Assembly: GCA_024911895.1 (NCBI GenBank)
Contig: GCA_024911895.1_3948.1
DNA length: 64,000 nucleotides
From: a phage
Direction: 5' to 3' (one strand)
A model generated the notes under the pieces. That model was not told the DNA's origin, ran no database searches, and was given only the letters and a program-made list of their open reading frames with translations. The first letter of the stretch is position 1; each line of letters begins with the position of its first letter. Below, one piece after another: positions 20,433 to 36,628 of the stretch. A program made the translations under genes and the position numbers.

Positions 20433-20816
20433 ATGAAAAAGATTTTATTAGCTGCTGCAATGGTTATGACGATGAATTTACCAGTCAATGCAACAGAACT
20501 TCCAAATGTGGACTTATCAGGTGTTCCAGAAGACACTTGTCAGATTGTAAAAGGTGTTGCCCTGACTAATGGTGAGCTACTTAAACCAATCTCTGAAGAG
20601 TCTTTAACAGAGATGACCGATAAGGTAACTGACTATCAGTATCGTGTTCTTGCAGAGTATTTCCTGCAATCTGCAAATATTAAAGAGAAGCACCCTGATG
20701 ATATTGATGTACAGGCTATGCTCAATCATCGTATTCAGTTTAAAGAAGATTTGATGCAAAAAGCTATGTATGGTGTTGAGTATTTCTTAGAAAACAGAAG
20801 CTGCACAGGTATTTGA
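20433..20816 (+). CDS. Secreted/periplasmic hypothetical protein
   Basis: N-terminal signal peptide MKKILLAAAMVMTMNLPVNA. Confidence 0.45.
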   Translation: MKKILLAAAMVMTMNLPVNATELPNVDLSGVPEDTCQIVKGVALTNGELLKPISEESLTEMTDKVTDYQYRVLAEYFLQSANIKEKHPDDIDVQAMLNHRIQFKEDLMQKAMYGVEYFLENRSCTGI

Positions 20817-20817
20817 T

Positions 20818-21030
20818 ATGGCTCTTAAAAAGTTACATCCCAGAAGCGGTTATGGTAAGATAATTGATGATACAGATGGCTTTACAGTCTTTACAGTTAT
20901 CTGTCAAGATGATTCACAGATTGAAAAGGCTCTTGATGATTATCTTAATGATGAACGTGAAAAGGTCAGAGCTACAAACATAGACTCATTAATTGATACT
21001 TCACGTAAACGGAAGAAGAAAGATGAATGA
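20818..21030 (+). CDS. Hypothetical protein (70 aa)
   Basis: ORF. Confidence 0.3.
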   Translation: MALKKLHPRSGYGKIIDDTDGFTVFTVICQDDSQIEKALDDYLNDEREKVRATNIDSLIDTSRKRKKKDE

Positions 21031-21322
21031 GGTTTTTGACCCTTATGCTCCACAAGATGATTGGGAGGCTGATAGAGAGGCTGAAATGGAGAGTTATATT
21101 TGTCCAATGGATGTAGACGAAATGAGAGACTTCGTTGCACATCGTTTTAAGAGAGAGATTAAATCCAGAGGTCTTTCTCAAGAGCAAGTCGCTAAAATTT
21201 GTGGTATCTCTCAAGCTCGTGTATCCAACATAATCCACCTCACTGGGAATGTCTCTCTTGAGTATATGTTGGAAGTGTGTGAAAAATTTGGTGTTAATTT
21301 CAATTTAAGGTTGGCAGATTAA
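20993..21322 (+). CDS. Putative HTH DNA-binding protein
   Basis: LSQEQVAKICGISQARVSNI helix-turn-helix-like segment. Confidence 0.4.
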   Translation: MILHVNGRRKMNEVFDPYAPQDDWEADREAEMESYICPMDVDEMRDFVAHRFKREIKSRGLSQEQVAKICGISQARVSNIIHLTGNVSLEYMLEVCEKFGVNFNLRLAD

Positions 21323-21323
21323 T

Positions 21324-21683
21324 ATGAAACGTGAAAACATTATCCACTCTGAAAACTTCGCATTAGGCTTTTATGGTGCACCTACTCACCTTGAAAAGTA
21401 CTACGGTGTAGAAATTCTTTCCAATCTCATTATGGCTTACAAAGATGGTAAGATTAAGCATACTGAGAAGAAACGTGTCATGGGTTATATGGCTGTAGGT
21501 TCAGCAATCTCAAACATTAAGCTGGAAACAACTAGCAGCCAGATTGTGAAAGACCACTTCATCAAAGAACTTTACCACAATCTTGATGGTGTAGATGTTC
21601 AGGCTGTTTGGCTAGATGTTGATGGTCACAACTACACAAGTTTCGTTTTCAAAAACGATGACATTAAGTGTCTGTTCCCATAA
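21324..21683 (+). CDS. Hypothetical protein (119 aa)
   Basis: ORF. Confidence 0.4.
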   Translation: MKRENIIHSENFALGFYGAPTHLEKYYGVEILSNLIMAYKDGKIKHTEKKRVMGYMAVGSAISNIKLETTSSQIVKDHFIKELYHNLDGVDVQAVWLDVDGHNYTSFVFKNDDIKCLFP

Positions 21684-21696
21684 TAGGTGATTAACG

Positions 21697-22212
21697 ATGA
21701 TTGATATCTACTTACAAGATGCTCATGCAGACTTCCTTAAAGAGATGCTTAAAAAGTTTATGGCTTCACAGTATGAGAATGAAGCATCTTTTAAAATAGT
21801 GACATGTGGTGACGAAGCTGGTTTTGTTGAGATTGAACATGAAGGTACTGGAAAGACTGTTTGTAAGTTACCTGATAGTATGTTCTCTAACACGTTCTTA
21901 ACAAAGACTATTATAAATGTTAAGCTTGTGCCTCAGATTGAAACATACTCTGGTACAGATTACCCTAAAGGTTTTAAGTCACTGATGAAGTACTTCTTAG
22001 ATGACTTTGTGAGTAATCTTCTGCGAGAGGTAAAAGAAAGTCGTACAGTGTTAACTGTAGAGAACATCGGAGGAACTGTCAGGGTTACTTCTGACTGTTT
22101 TGTGATGAGCCTCTTCGACTTCGTTCCTAAGAACTTTGATGGTATTCTGGATGAAGAAGATGACTGTGTAGACTTTATATTGGTTCTTGAGCCAGTTTTT
22201 GAGGTTAAATAA
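21697..22212 (+). CDS. Hypothetical protein (171 aa)
   Basis: ORF. Confidence 0.4.
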   Translation: MIDIYLQDAHADFLKEMLKKFMASQYENEASFKIVTCGDEAGFVEIEHEGTGKTVCKLPDSMFSNTFLTKTIINVKLVPQIETYSGTDYPKGFKSLMKYFLDDFVSNLLREVKESRTVLTVENIGGTVRVTSDCFVMSLFDFVPKNFDGILDEEDDCVDFILVLEPVFEVK

Positions 22213-22473
22213 ATGAAAATTGAACACTGCTATGAGTCTGATGGAACACCTATCCGATGTCCACATTGTGGGTGTACAGACTTACAAGGTGAGGTAAGTG
22301 AAATAGTCAACGGTCATATTGCTGAAGAAAGTACAAGGTGTACAGGGTGTAATGAAATTATCGCTTTCTGGGCTTATGGTTCATACCAACCATCTCCACA
22401 TTTTATCTACCATCGTAGTAAAGTCGTGAAGAGTGTCATTAACTGGTTCATTAAGAAAGGGTTTACAAAATGA
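22213..22473 (+). CDS. Small zinc-finger protein
   Basis: CPHCGC...CTGCNE Cys pairs. Confidence 0.4.
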   Translation: MKIEHCYESDGTPIRCPHCGCTDLQGEVSEIVNGHIAEESTRCTGCNEIIAFWAYGSYQPSPHFIYHRSKVVKSVINWFIKKGFTK

Positions 22474-23015
22474 TTAAGCTAATATTTGCAAGTGGTGAAA
22501 ACGGTGAATTTGGTACACCTACTGGTATGCCGTGGCCTCGACATAAACAGGATATGCAAGAGTTTAAGAGACTCACTAAAAATAACTTAGTAGTCATGGG
22601 TAATGAGACTTTTAAGACTCTGGGTAGTAAACCTTTACCAGAACGTGCAAACCTTATCTTAACAAACTCTGTACCATATTTAGGCATAGACTTTGACAAA
22701 GATGAGATAATGTATGCTAAGGCCACTAAAGAGTCATTTGGAGCATTTTTGAAGTATCTTGATAGCTCTATTGATGAAGATGTCTTTGTAATTGGTGGTG
22801 CAGGTGTCCTTGTAAATGCTTTACCATATGCTGATGTAGTGTTCCATACAGTTTTCCATAAAGTTACTGAAGAGGCCACTGTGCATTTACCTTTTGAAAA
22901 CTTCTTTGAGAAGTTGTATGATAGTCGTGTATTTGCAAAGGTGCAGTCAAGACCCTCCGATGATGGTAAAGCAACCTTTGAGATTTATGTTCCACAAGTA
23001 AAAGGACACTTTTGA
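22470..23015 (+). CDS. frd: Dihydrofolate reductase
   Basis: MIKLIFA..GMPWPRH..VVMGNETFKTLGSKPLPERANLILT matches DHFR fold motifs; immediately upstream of thymidylate synthase. Confidence 0.75.
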   Translation: MIKLIFASGENGEFGTPTGMPWPRHKQDMQEFKRLTKNNLVVMGNETFKTLGSKPLPERANLILTNSVPYLGIDFDKDEIMYAKATKESFGAFLKYLDSSIDEDVFVIGGAGVLVNALPYADVVFHTVFHKVTEEATVHLPFENFFEKLYDSRVFAKVQSRPSDDGKATFEIYVPQVKGHF

Positions 23016-23016
23016 T

Positions 23017-23916
23017 ATGTCACAAGCTGATTTGAGTTACAAAAATATCATGAACCATGTTTTATCCGTTGGTGAACTGCGTACTACACGAACTGGAGAT
23101 GTTATCTCTGCATTTGCTCCACCACAGTTTCGCTTTGATATGCGAACTGGTTTCCCGCTCTTAACATCTAAACAGGTGTTTACACGGCAAGTTATCGGAG
23201 AAGCTTTATGGTTCCTGAATGGTGAGAATAAACTTGGTGAACTCCGTTACCGTACTTGGGGTGAAAATGATGGAGAACGCTGGACTATCTGGTCAGATGA
23301 TTTTAAACGCTGGTTAAGCTCTAACTATTCTTCTGAACAAGATTGGTTAGAGGATGCAGGTGGGAGAATCTACGGAGTTCAGTGGAGAAACTTTGAAGGT
23401 CATAATGGTTGTGTTGTAGACCAACTAGAGACCTTAGTAGCAAAGATGAAGGGTGATATCACAGACCGTTACATGCTTGTTAATGCTTGGAATGCAGCAG
23501 ATATTGCAGCAAACTCAATGGCTTTAGCACCTTGTCATGTTCTGTTTCAGATTTATATCACTAATGAAGGGGAAGTAGATTTGCAATGGTATCAGCGTTC
23601 TGTAGACACCTTTTTAGGACTTCCATTTAACATTGCATCTTACGGCTTTATTCTGGAAGTTCTTTGTAAGATGACTGGGTACACTCCACGATACTTGATA
23701 GGTGTCTTTGGAGATACTCAAATTTATCAGAACCATATGAAGCAGGTTTATGAACTGATGAATAATGAAGAGTTCCATGCGCCTACTTTTGAGATTGGTG
23801 TACAGCTTAACACTCTAAGTGACCTTAAACATCTTACCGCAAGTGATTTTATTGGTGGTATTAGCAACTACAAACATGCAGGAAAGATTGAAGCACCTTT
23901 ATCAGTGGGTAAGTAA
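23017..23916 (+). CDS. td: Thymidylate synthase
   Basis: Active-site region MALAPCHVLFQIY and conserved TRTGD, uninterrupted ORF. Confidence 0.85.
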   Translation: MSQADLSYKNIMNHVLSVGELRTTRTGDVISAFAPPQFRFDMRTGFPLLTSKQVFTRQVIGEALWFLNGENKLGELRYRTWGENDGERWTIWSDDFKRWLSSNYSSEQDWLEDAGGRIYGVQWRNFEGHNGCVVDQLETLVAKMKGDITDRYMLVNAWNAADIAANSMALAPCHVLFQIYITNEGEVDLQWYQRSVDTFLGLPFNIASYGFILEVLCKMTGYTPRYLIGVFGDTQIYQNHMKQVYELMNNEEFHAPTFEIGVQLNTLSDLKHLTASDFIGGISNYKHAGKIEAPLSVGK

Positions 23917-23918
23917 AA

Positions 23919-23958
23919 ACAAAAAGGCTCCTTTTTACGGGAGCCTTAAAATTTTATT
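23919..23958. terminator. Bidirectional rho-independent terminator between convergent operons
   Basis: 8-bp stem AAGGCTCC/GGAGCCTT (23924-23931 / 23940-23947) flanked by A-run and T-run. Confidence 0.6.
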
Positions 23959-24325
23959 TTTCAGTATTCTTTGTGTTCTTTTCAGTAATAGCTTGGAGGG
24001 CTGATACTGATTGAGCCAGATTATTTACACTGTCAGAGAATTTATCAAGAGTTTTGGTAAGTTTTGCGTTTTCACCCTTAACATTCTCTAACTGAACTTT
24101 CTGGTTCTCCATCCCTAGTTGAATCAATCTCATGTCAGACTGTAAATCACGAATAGCTGAATAATTACTTTTGGAATAATTATCTAGCTGCTGTAACTTT
24201 GTTGTGATAGACACTTCTTGTTTACCATCCGAAACTTGCATGGTGGTATACATCCCAATAACACTAAAAATACCAACTACAATTGCACCAATATTATTTT
24301 TAAAAGCTTCCTCTAGCCACTTCAT
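23954..24325 (-). CDS. Membrane-anchored coiled-coil protein (spanin-like?)
   Basis: N-terminal TM NIGAIVVGIFSVIGMY then long coiled-coil; low confidence on function. Confidence 0.3.
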   Translation of the reverse strand: MKWLEEAFKNNIGAIVVGIFSVIGMYTTMQVSDGKQEVSITTKLQQLDNYSKSNYSAIRDLQSDMRLIQLGMENQKVQLENVKGENAKLTKTLDKFSDSVNNLAQSVSALQAITEKNTKNTEK

Positions 24326-24520
24326 TTATTTCTCCCCCTTAAAAGCTTTTTCTAAGTTATCTACGAACTCATCATCAATAGGTGTATCTGTCTTACTTGC
24401 GAGATATCTTGCGAGTCTGAAGAACACTTTCTCAATCATGTATTCACTTAGAAGGGATAAAATGAGTTTCCAGAAGAAGCTACCTAGATTTTTTAGAAGA
24501 ATTGCTAGGATTGTAGGCAT
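24326..24520 (-). CDS. Small membrane protein (64 aa)
   Basis: Hydrophobic N-terminus. Confidence 0.3.
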   Translation of the reverse strand: MPTILAILLKNLGSFFWKLILSLLSEYMIEKVFFRLARYLASKTDTPIDDEFVDNLEKAFKGEK

Positions 24521-24599
24521 TTAATCACCTCATCAGCCAAGATGGTGAGAATACCCATAAAGAATATTAACACCATCTTAACAATCAGTCAACAAGGGA

Positions 24600-27149
24600 T
24601 TAAGCAGTTCTTACCCAAGCCATTAACTTATAGAACTGGTTAGTTACACTAAATGCTGAACCAGAACCTGTACCACCAGTGTCGCCACTGAATGTGTGGT
24701 TGTGTCCACCAATACCTACACCGTGAGTATGAGCATCTACCCAACTTGTTCTACCTGTCCAAGCTCTAGAGGCATAGAAGTTAACAGGAGTACCATAAGT
24801 GAAGTTATTACCTGTGAATCCTCTAGAGGCTTGTGAACCTGAGATAGCAAATGCCCCACTTGCTGTATAAAAGCTATTTGCGTCACTTCTGAAGAAACCG
24901 AAGTCGCCAGAGATTTCCATATTACCTCTGTCGTGGTCGTGAGCACCCTGACCATCTGTATACTTAGTGCCATAGTCAAACCAAGAAGTTGTTCCAGAGA
25001 AGCTATGCGTGTGTGAAGGTAAGTTACCAACAGACAACGTTACAGAATCTGAACCACCAGTTGTAGCAACATCTGAACCATTTGCTGCTGCGATTCTGAT
25101 AGTTCTACCAACACCATTATTCAGGTACGTCCAAGTTAACCCAGGAAGTGCTGTATTAGGGTTAACATTACTGTTAAACCACGTTACAATACCTACTGGA
25201 TAGATTTTATTAAGGTCTGTGGAGTCACTGATGGCCTGTGCAATCTTCTGGTCAGTTTCAGTTTTAGTGTATGCACCGATGTCTGAAGGGGTTGGTTTTT
25301 GCAAACTTGTGTAGTATTTTGCAATTGTACCCTTCACAATACCTTGCGGAGCATCATCAAATGTCTGTGGAACTTCAAACAACTGTACACTTGCATTACT
25401 AGAAGATTGAACTCTTGATGTTGTGTTATTTTGGTATGAACCAACTCTACAGTAAATGTCATAAGTATCACCAGATGTATTAACATGACCGATATCAGTG
25501 ATGATAGTATTATCTGATGTTCTCCAAGCCACGACATTTAAACCTTTCGGATAATCATTCGATGTTCGTAAAACAATCTCACACTTACCTGCTTGGTGTG
25601 GTGTATTGGCATTAAAACCTGACCCACCAAATACCTCAATGACAGCAGTGGAGGCTGATTGTGGCATAACAACAGTAGCAATTTTAGCCCATTTTTCATC
25701 GTATCCCATATTGAAGCTAGTGCTTCTGATTCTCAGGTATCTGCTATCGGCAGATGATTTGTTATAGTATCTCCCATCAATGTTAGTCCAGTCTTGTGGT
25801 TGAACCTGACCATTGATATACAGATTCTTATTTACACTTACTAACGTTGACTCAAGAGAAATCTGAGTCCCAGAAAAGCTGTTACTTAGTGTCACGTTAT
25901 TACTATCTGCACCACCAATACCAACCCACCATCTTGATACATTAGCAGTGTCCACACCACGAATATATAATGGCTTGCTCTGAGTAGAGTTTTTAATAAC
26001 TAGACCTTCGTTATCACTAACAACTGTCTGCACACCATTAAAAGTATTCATTGCATTGGTTCTTGCAATTGTACTTAATGTTGCTGCCGGAATATATCTA
26101 GAGTCAATGTTAGACCAATCAGAAGGTTGAACTTGACCAGTGATTTTTACACCCTTATTAAATGTTACACCAGACGCGTTTAATTTAATAGAAGTATCAC
26201 CCTTGTAATCATAAAGTGTGATATTAGAGGTTGCATCACCTTTACCAATAAACCACAAACCATTGTTTTCACTATCTCTTGCTAGGATGAACAAAGTATC
26301 ATTAACAGTTTTATTTTTTAAAATGATAGCAGCCCCATCAGAGTTCACGCTAACATTATTACTGAATGTGTTTAAACCACTAAAAGTATTATTACCAGCT
26401 AACTGTGCAAATCTCTGATTAGCAACTGTCTGAGTGAAGTATCTAGCATCTAAGTTAGAGAAGTCAGAAGGTTTGACTTGACCAGTGATGCTTAATGTTT
26501 TATTGAGAGCCACGACACTAGATAGAATAACTTCACAGTCTGTCTTGTGGTTGCGGATAGTAACATTATCACCCCCTGAACCATTACCGATATACCATCT
26601 ATACTCACCAGCACTATCCTGACCTCTGATATATAACGGTGAGTTCTCAGAAGAGTTTTTTAACCTAATAGCTTCACCATTTGCTTGGATAGTTTGTTGG
26701 GATGTAAAGATGTTATTTGCAGCAAGCCTTGCATATCTTGCATCATTCTCTTCATTAGTTCTCATACCAAGCTCATTAGGACTTGGCTTATTCAGAGTAT
26801 GATAAACAGTTGCTGACCTTGAAGCATCTGCAATAGTGAGTTTAAGACCATTTGAGTTAATTTTAAAAGTCTTTAAAATATCCCCAATAGTAATCTCGGA
26901 AGAGTCTGTAGGGTCAAATACTACCTTTCCACCGTAAAGCAACTTGACAATACCTAAATCCCCCGTCATAGTGCTCCCAGCAATCTGAACAAACCTTTCT
27001 AGTTTGAAGGAAGCTAAGAAGTCTTGATAGGTCATTCTACGGTCTTCGTCACCCAACATTTCAGGTCTTTTCTTAACTCTGATGTGCAATAGGTCTTCTG
27101 AACGAATTGTGTCGATTGAGTTTAATTGACTCAATTTGTAATCTGCCAT
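24600..27149 (-). CDS. Long tail fiber protein
   Basis: 849 aa, repetitive Gly/Ser/Asn-rich beta regions, C-terminal HxH motifs (SHTHSFSGTT, AHDHD, DAHTHG, GGHNHTFSG) and C-terminal AFSV...WVRTA tail. Confidence 0.7.
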   Translation of the reverse strand: MADYKLSQLNSIDTIRSEDLLHIRVKKRPEMLGDEDRRMTYQDFLASFKLERFVQIAGSTMTGDLGIVKLLYGGKVVFDPTDSSEITIGDILKTFKINSNGLKLTIADASRSATVYHTLNKPSPNELGMRTNEENDARYARLAANNIFTSQQTIQANGEAIRLKNSSENSPLYIRGQDSAGEYRWYIGNGSGGDNVTIRNHKTDCEVILSSVVALNKTLSITGQVKPSDFSNLDARYFTQTVANQRFAQLAGNNTFSGLNTFSNNVSVNSDGAAIILKNKTVNDTLFILARDSENNGLWFIGKGDATSNITLYDYKGDTSIKLNASGVTFNKGVKITGQVQPSDWSNIDSRYIPAATLSTIARTNAMNTFNGVQTVVSDNEGLVIKNSTQSKPLYIRGVDTANVSRWWVGIGGADSNNVTLSNSFSGTQISLESTLVSVNKNLYINGQVQPQDWTNIDGRYYNKSSADSRYLRIRSTSFNMGYDEKWAKIATVVMPQSASTAVIEVFGGSGFNANTPHQAGKCEIVLRTSNDYPKGLNVVAWRTSDNTIITDIGHVNTSGDTYDIYCRVGSYQNNTTSRVQSSSNASVQLFEVPQTFDDAPQGIVKGTIAKYYTSLQKPTPSDIGAYTKTETDQKIAQAISDSTDLNKIYPVGIVTWFNSNVNPNTALPGLTWTYLNNGVGRTIRIAAANGSDVATTGGSDSVTLSVGNLPSHTHSFSGTTSWFDYGTKYTDGQGAHDHDRGNMEISGDFGFFRSDANSFYTASGAFAISGSQASRGFTGNNFTYGTPVNFYASRAWTGRTSWVDAHTHGVGIGGHNHTFSGDTGGTGSGSAFSVTNQFYKLMAWVRTA

Positions 27150-27195
27150 TATAAATTTTCCTCTTAAAAGGGGCTATAAAGCCCCTGTAAAGAAA

Positions 27196-28371
27196 TTAAG
27201 CTGTTCTTTGCCACACATATACTACAAAAGATGGTTGCTCAACACTGAAAGCTTGACCACCACCAACAGAACCAGATGTTCCTGAGTGTGTATGTTCAGA
27301 GCTAGAGACAGTAACAGTGCCAGTATGACTGTGTGAACCAATATTAACAGTGTGGCTATGAGCACCAATTGCAACAGTATGGCTATGAGCACCAGATGAT
27401 GCAGTTGTGCCTGAGAAGCTATGGGTGTGAGCACCTGCTAAATCAGTATACGAAGCATTACCAACCCCAGCATCAGCAGACGCGGTAATAGCATTCCACC
27501 CACTCCTATCATTACCTCTCAGTGGTACTCTATGGTTATGGTTACCTTCATTACTTGTTGTTCCGCTAAATGTGTGAGCGTGAGCACCAGCACCATCTGT
27601 TGCCTTCGTACCATAATCGAAAGTTGATGTACTTCTTGAACCATAATCAAAACTGGAGATAGATGCACTTGCAGAGTGTGTATGACCACCACCTGTTAAA
27701 TAGATAGAGTGAGTATGTGCTGGTAAATTATTATTTGTTAATGCTACAGTCTGAGAACCAAACGTTGAACCAACAGGTCTAGAGTCTGTATCATAACCAA
27801 CTAGTGCCCTACCTTTAGAGACTAACTCCCAAGTACCTCCACAGAGTAAGTAAGTGGATGGGTTAGCAGAGTTAACAGACAGATGAATAGTACCTACTGG
27901 ATAAGAGGCTTGAATAGCTTTGTATAGATTATTCACTGCTCTCGCGGTAGCATATTTATCAGCATCTTCATTGTACAGGTTGGATGTTGTCCAGTTCTGA
28001 ACATTACTTAATCCAACCTGTGCTTTCGTTGTATTGTGTGGGTTACTTTTGTCGTCAATATGTTGCTGGATTAAGTTATTCACTTCCTCTGACGACATAA
28101 TTTGTAGATTTGCTCTTGCCTCAGCAACATTTACAATATCTGACAAGTTATTAGCTGCAACTAATTGAAGAGAGTTAATAACATTATCAAGACCAACTTG
28201 TGATTTAGTTACACCATGAGGGTTATTCCTCAAAGATGCGTGAGGTGCTAACAACTGTTCAAGCGTACATCTTTTATCCTCAACACCTTGCTTAAGATGG
28301 AAGATATCACTCAAATCAATTGGTAAGGCCGCTTGTGGCAAGGCACTAATTTGAATTTCACCTACTGCCAT
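27196..28371 (-). CDS. Tail fiber protein with His-rich HxH tip
   Basis: N-terminal NPHxxTKxQVGLxNV repeats, C-terminal cluster of AHTHS/AHSHT/EHTHS motifs, ends AFSV...WQRTA like the 849-aa fiber. Confidence 0.7.
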   Translation of the reverse strand: MAVGEIQISALPQAALPIDLSDIFHLKQGVEDKRCTLEQLLAPHASLRNNPHGVTKSQVGLDNVINSLQLVAANNLSDIVNVAEARANLQIMSSEEVNNLIQQHIDDKSNPHNTTKAQVGLSNVQNWTTSNLYNEDADKYATARAVNNLYKAIQASYPVGTIHLSVNSANPSTYLLCGGTWELVSKGRALVGYDTDSRPVGSTFGSQTVALTNNNLPAHTHSIYLTGGGHTHSASASISSFDYGSRSTSTFDYGTKATDGAGAHAHTFSGTTSNEGNHNHRVPLRGNDRSGWNAITASADAGVGNASYTDLAGAHTHSFSGTTASSGAHSHTVAIGAHSHTVNIGSHSHTGTVTVSSSEHTHSGTSGSVGGGQAFSVEQPSFVVYVWQRTA

Positions 28372-28373
28372 TA

Positions 28374-28676
28374 TTAAGCTCCTACATATTCATATGTGTA
28401 AAGGTTTCTTGTACTTGTTGATGCAGTCCCTGTCTCAGACTTAATTAGATTCCAGCCATTAGCCACTAAATCTGGTTGCTCGGTTGCATAGGAGCGAACT
28501 TCACCAACAGTGCCATTTACTTTATTCAGCAGGTAGTTGATAATATAGTTGAACCACTGTCTACCCATAGGCTCACCCTTTAAAAGACCTGTCTCTTGAA
28601 CTTCCGTTGGTGGTAAAACTTTTAACTGATTACCATCAGTATCCACTTCATTTGTAGACCAATTTAAAACTGCCAT
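28374..28676 (-). CDS. Hypothetical tail fiber-associated protein
   Basis: ORF immediately upstream of tail fiber gene. Confidence 0.4.
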   Translation of the reverse strand: MAVLNWSTNEVDTDGNQLKVLPPTEVQETGLLKGEPMGRQWFNYIINYLLNKVNGTVGEVRSYATEQPDLVANGWNLIKSETGTASTSTRNLYTYEYVGA

Positions 28677-29530
28677 TAAGAATTTCCTTCTTGTTGTGAT
28701 TTATCTTTTCTGCCTTTGACAATTTGTGCAACCTCAGCCATGATTCCATATGCACCACCTGCAATAGCTTCTTTACCAACGATGAAATATCCACTAGTAT
28801 TAGACCTATCTACAGCCATGTAATCATCACTCTGTGAGTTTGCTGTTCTGTCAACCTTAAAGTAACCATCAATAACACCAGCATCTGCAAGACTTCCTAC
28901 TAGGTTGGACTCCAGAGAGCCACCAGTGTTATTTGTGACAAGACCCCTGTTAGCATCAGTTACAAACCAGTTCTCTTTATCATCAACAATAGCAAGTGCT
29001 GAGTCAGCAACCTCTACAGGTGTCCAAGCAGTTCCATTTAAAGTAACATCTCTTAAGATAACAGCAGAACCAGTAGTTGTTGCAGAAATCTTTGACAGTG
29101 TATATGCAGCATCAAGAACGCTCTTTCTGGTGTTAATACGGATAACGATACCACCAGTCTTAGGGGTAATATGCTCAAAAATCTGAGAGAAAGTTGCACC
29201 ATATAGTGTCATAATTGCTTTTTGCAAGAATGTTGGAGTAGTGTCAGAGCGTCTTAGGAAGATTTGGATATAAAGCATAGCTCTATATGTTTCATCATCA
29301 GCACCTAAAGGTCTAGGAACTTTAATCAGTGAGCCAATATTATCAAGTTGTTGGCCTACTGACGTCCTAATATTTCTCTCTGTGTGCATCTGCCAGCAAA
29401 CATCCTCTAGTGTTTGTAGCTCATCAGTGACTGCTTTCAAGATGCTTGTGTAGATAAATTTATCTTTAAACTGTGTTACAGTTCGTTCATCAAGTGTTTT
29501 GTAATAAACACTATCAATCTTTTCAAACAT
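28676..29530 (-). CDS. Putative baseplate/tail protein
   Basis: Position in tail module. Confidence 0.4.
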   Translation of the reverse strand: MFEKIDSVYYKTLDERTVTQFKDKFIYTSILKAVTDELQTLEDVCWQMHTERNIRTSVGQQLDNIGSLIKVPRPLGADDETYRAMLYIQIFLRRSDTTPTFLQKAIMTLYGATFSQIFEHITPKTGGIVIRINTRKSVLDAAYTLSKISATTTGSAVILRDVTLNGTAWTPVEVADSALAIVDDKENWFVTDANRGLVTNNTGGSLESNLVGSLADAGVIDGYFKVDRTANSQSDDYMAVDRSNTSGYFIVGKEAIAGGAYGIMAEVAQIVKGRKDKSQQEGNS

Positions 29531-29532
29531 TA

Positions 29533-31001
29533 TTACTCCTTAGCGATGGTATACTGGCTGCTTTCCCAAACAGTATATTGGTCACCGTCAACAGTAATTC
29601 TTGCTGTAGTATATTGTCCGTCACTAGGTGGAACTGATTGGCTGTTTGATAAGGCTACTTTAACCTCGTTAATCTCAATACCTTTAATTACGTCATAGAT
29701 ATATCCGTAGATTCTGTTAGGGATAACGTCATTACCAACCTTAAGAGTTCTTCCGTAGGCATTAATACCTTGTACAATACTGTCTCTGATATCCTCTTCA
29801 GGGATTGTCAAGCTCTCTTCGTCATATAAAGAGTAAGAGACTTTAACAAATGCGTATTTTGGTGTTGGTCTGCTAAAATAAATATTATGTGCTAAACCAC
29901 CTAAATCATAGGCTGTGCCAAAAATCGAGCCATAAGCCCTAATACCAGCAGGTTTTGTATCCCAGATTGCTTGAGCAACATTATCATTTTGACCACCAAC
30001 TACGACAATCTTAAAAGATTTTGGTGGAAGACCTTCTGAGTTTGTCTCTTCAGTATCATTTTCAACACCTGAAGCATCTGAGACCCCTTGAACTCTTTTA
30101 ACAGCAGCTACAATTGCATCCAAAGTCCCTACACCAGTAACTGCTAATGATTCTAAATATCTCTGTCTAAGTTCTGTGTCAGTTTCTTCGTTTCTACCAG
30201 TTGTTAAGTCATACCTGTTATAGATGCTGTCAAGACCATCAACAGTTGTCTCAATCTCAATAAGAGTTCCAGCTAAAGCAGGAATAGCACCAACCTCTTC
30301 AGCCACTACATCTGAGATAGTTGTAATCTTTGTAAAGGTCAGAAACGTTGTCGCAGTAACAACCATAGGGTTTGTTCTTGCAATGATATCACCCTCATCT
30401 TTATAGATTCTTAATGAGGCTCCATCATTGATAACTTCTGCTTTTGCTACAATACCACCATTAATAGCCTCTGCTAATTTAGTTAGTAGTGTGGTAATTG
30501 TGTCTGATGAGGTTGGTTTATATGAGAAAATAATGTTATCAATAATAATAACATAATCTGCATCAGTTCGTAAAGAGTTAACTTCAAGAACAGCTTCAAC
30601 ACAATATGATGGGGTAAGGGTAATATTGTTAACTGGATAAAAGATATTTCCAGCAGTACTTCTCAATCTTGTTGTTGAAGAGATGGTAGCACCAGTTGTT
30701 CCAGTGAACTCAACCTGACCCCTTGTTGCCTGAGCAACATATCTGTATACAGCATTCAAAGCTGTAATATCATCAAGGTTAAATCCTTCAGCCTTGTCAA
30801 TTGTCCCGCCGTCATAGATTTCTGATAGAATCTCGTGTGTATCTGCTAAAGACCTTGCAATTGAAGCTAGGAAGAGACCTAACTGGCTATCTTCAGAGAC
30901 GTCAAGGTTTGGTGAAATATCTCTAAGAAGTCTTGATTTGATATTATCAAAAATTTCCTGATATCTTAGAGTTTGTAATCCTGTTGTAGTTAATCCTGCC
31001 A

Positions 31002-31002
<1 letters not shown>
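29533..31002 (-). CDS. Putative baseplate wedge protein (J-like)
   Basis: 489 aa, position and size. Confidence 0.4.
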
Positions 31003-36386
<5,384 letters not shown>

Positions 36387-36387
<1 letters not shown>

Positions 36388-36626
36388 TACATTTTTCCTG
36401 CTCTTCTAAGTTCGTTGTAAGCAATTTCCTCTTTATACGACCTCTGAATCTCAAGAAATTGTCTCAATGATAATAAATCAGAGAATGTCATAGCAAAGAG
36501 TTGGTCAAGTGTTTCTTTACACCCTTCCATACCATAAATAGCAAGCACAAATTTCATCTCGTCTGCTTCTTCATAGGTTGCCTCTACAGCAGCATCAGTT
36601 AGTGGTGTCTGTAGAGTGTTACCCAT
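36387..36626 (-). CDS. Tail assembly chaperone C-terminal extension (expressed by -1 frameshift from 36629-37027)
   Basis: In -1 frame relative to upstream ORF with no stop between slippery site T_TTT_TTC (plus 36665-36671) and this ORF. Confidence 0.5.
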
Positions 36627-36628
36627 GT

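Noticed and set aside
23017-23916. Group I intron in thymidylate synthase or the nrd genes
   Set aside because: td, nrdA, nrdB and the polymerase are continuous ORFs of normal length with conserved motifs in order.
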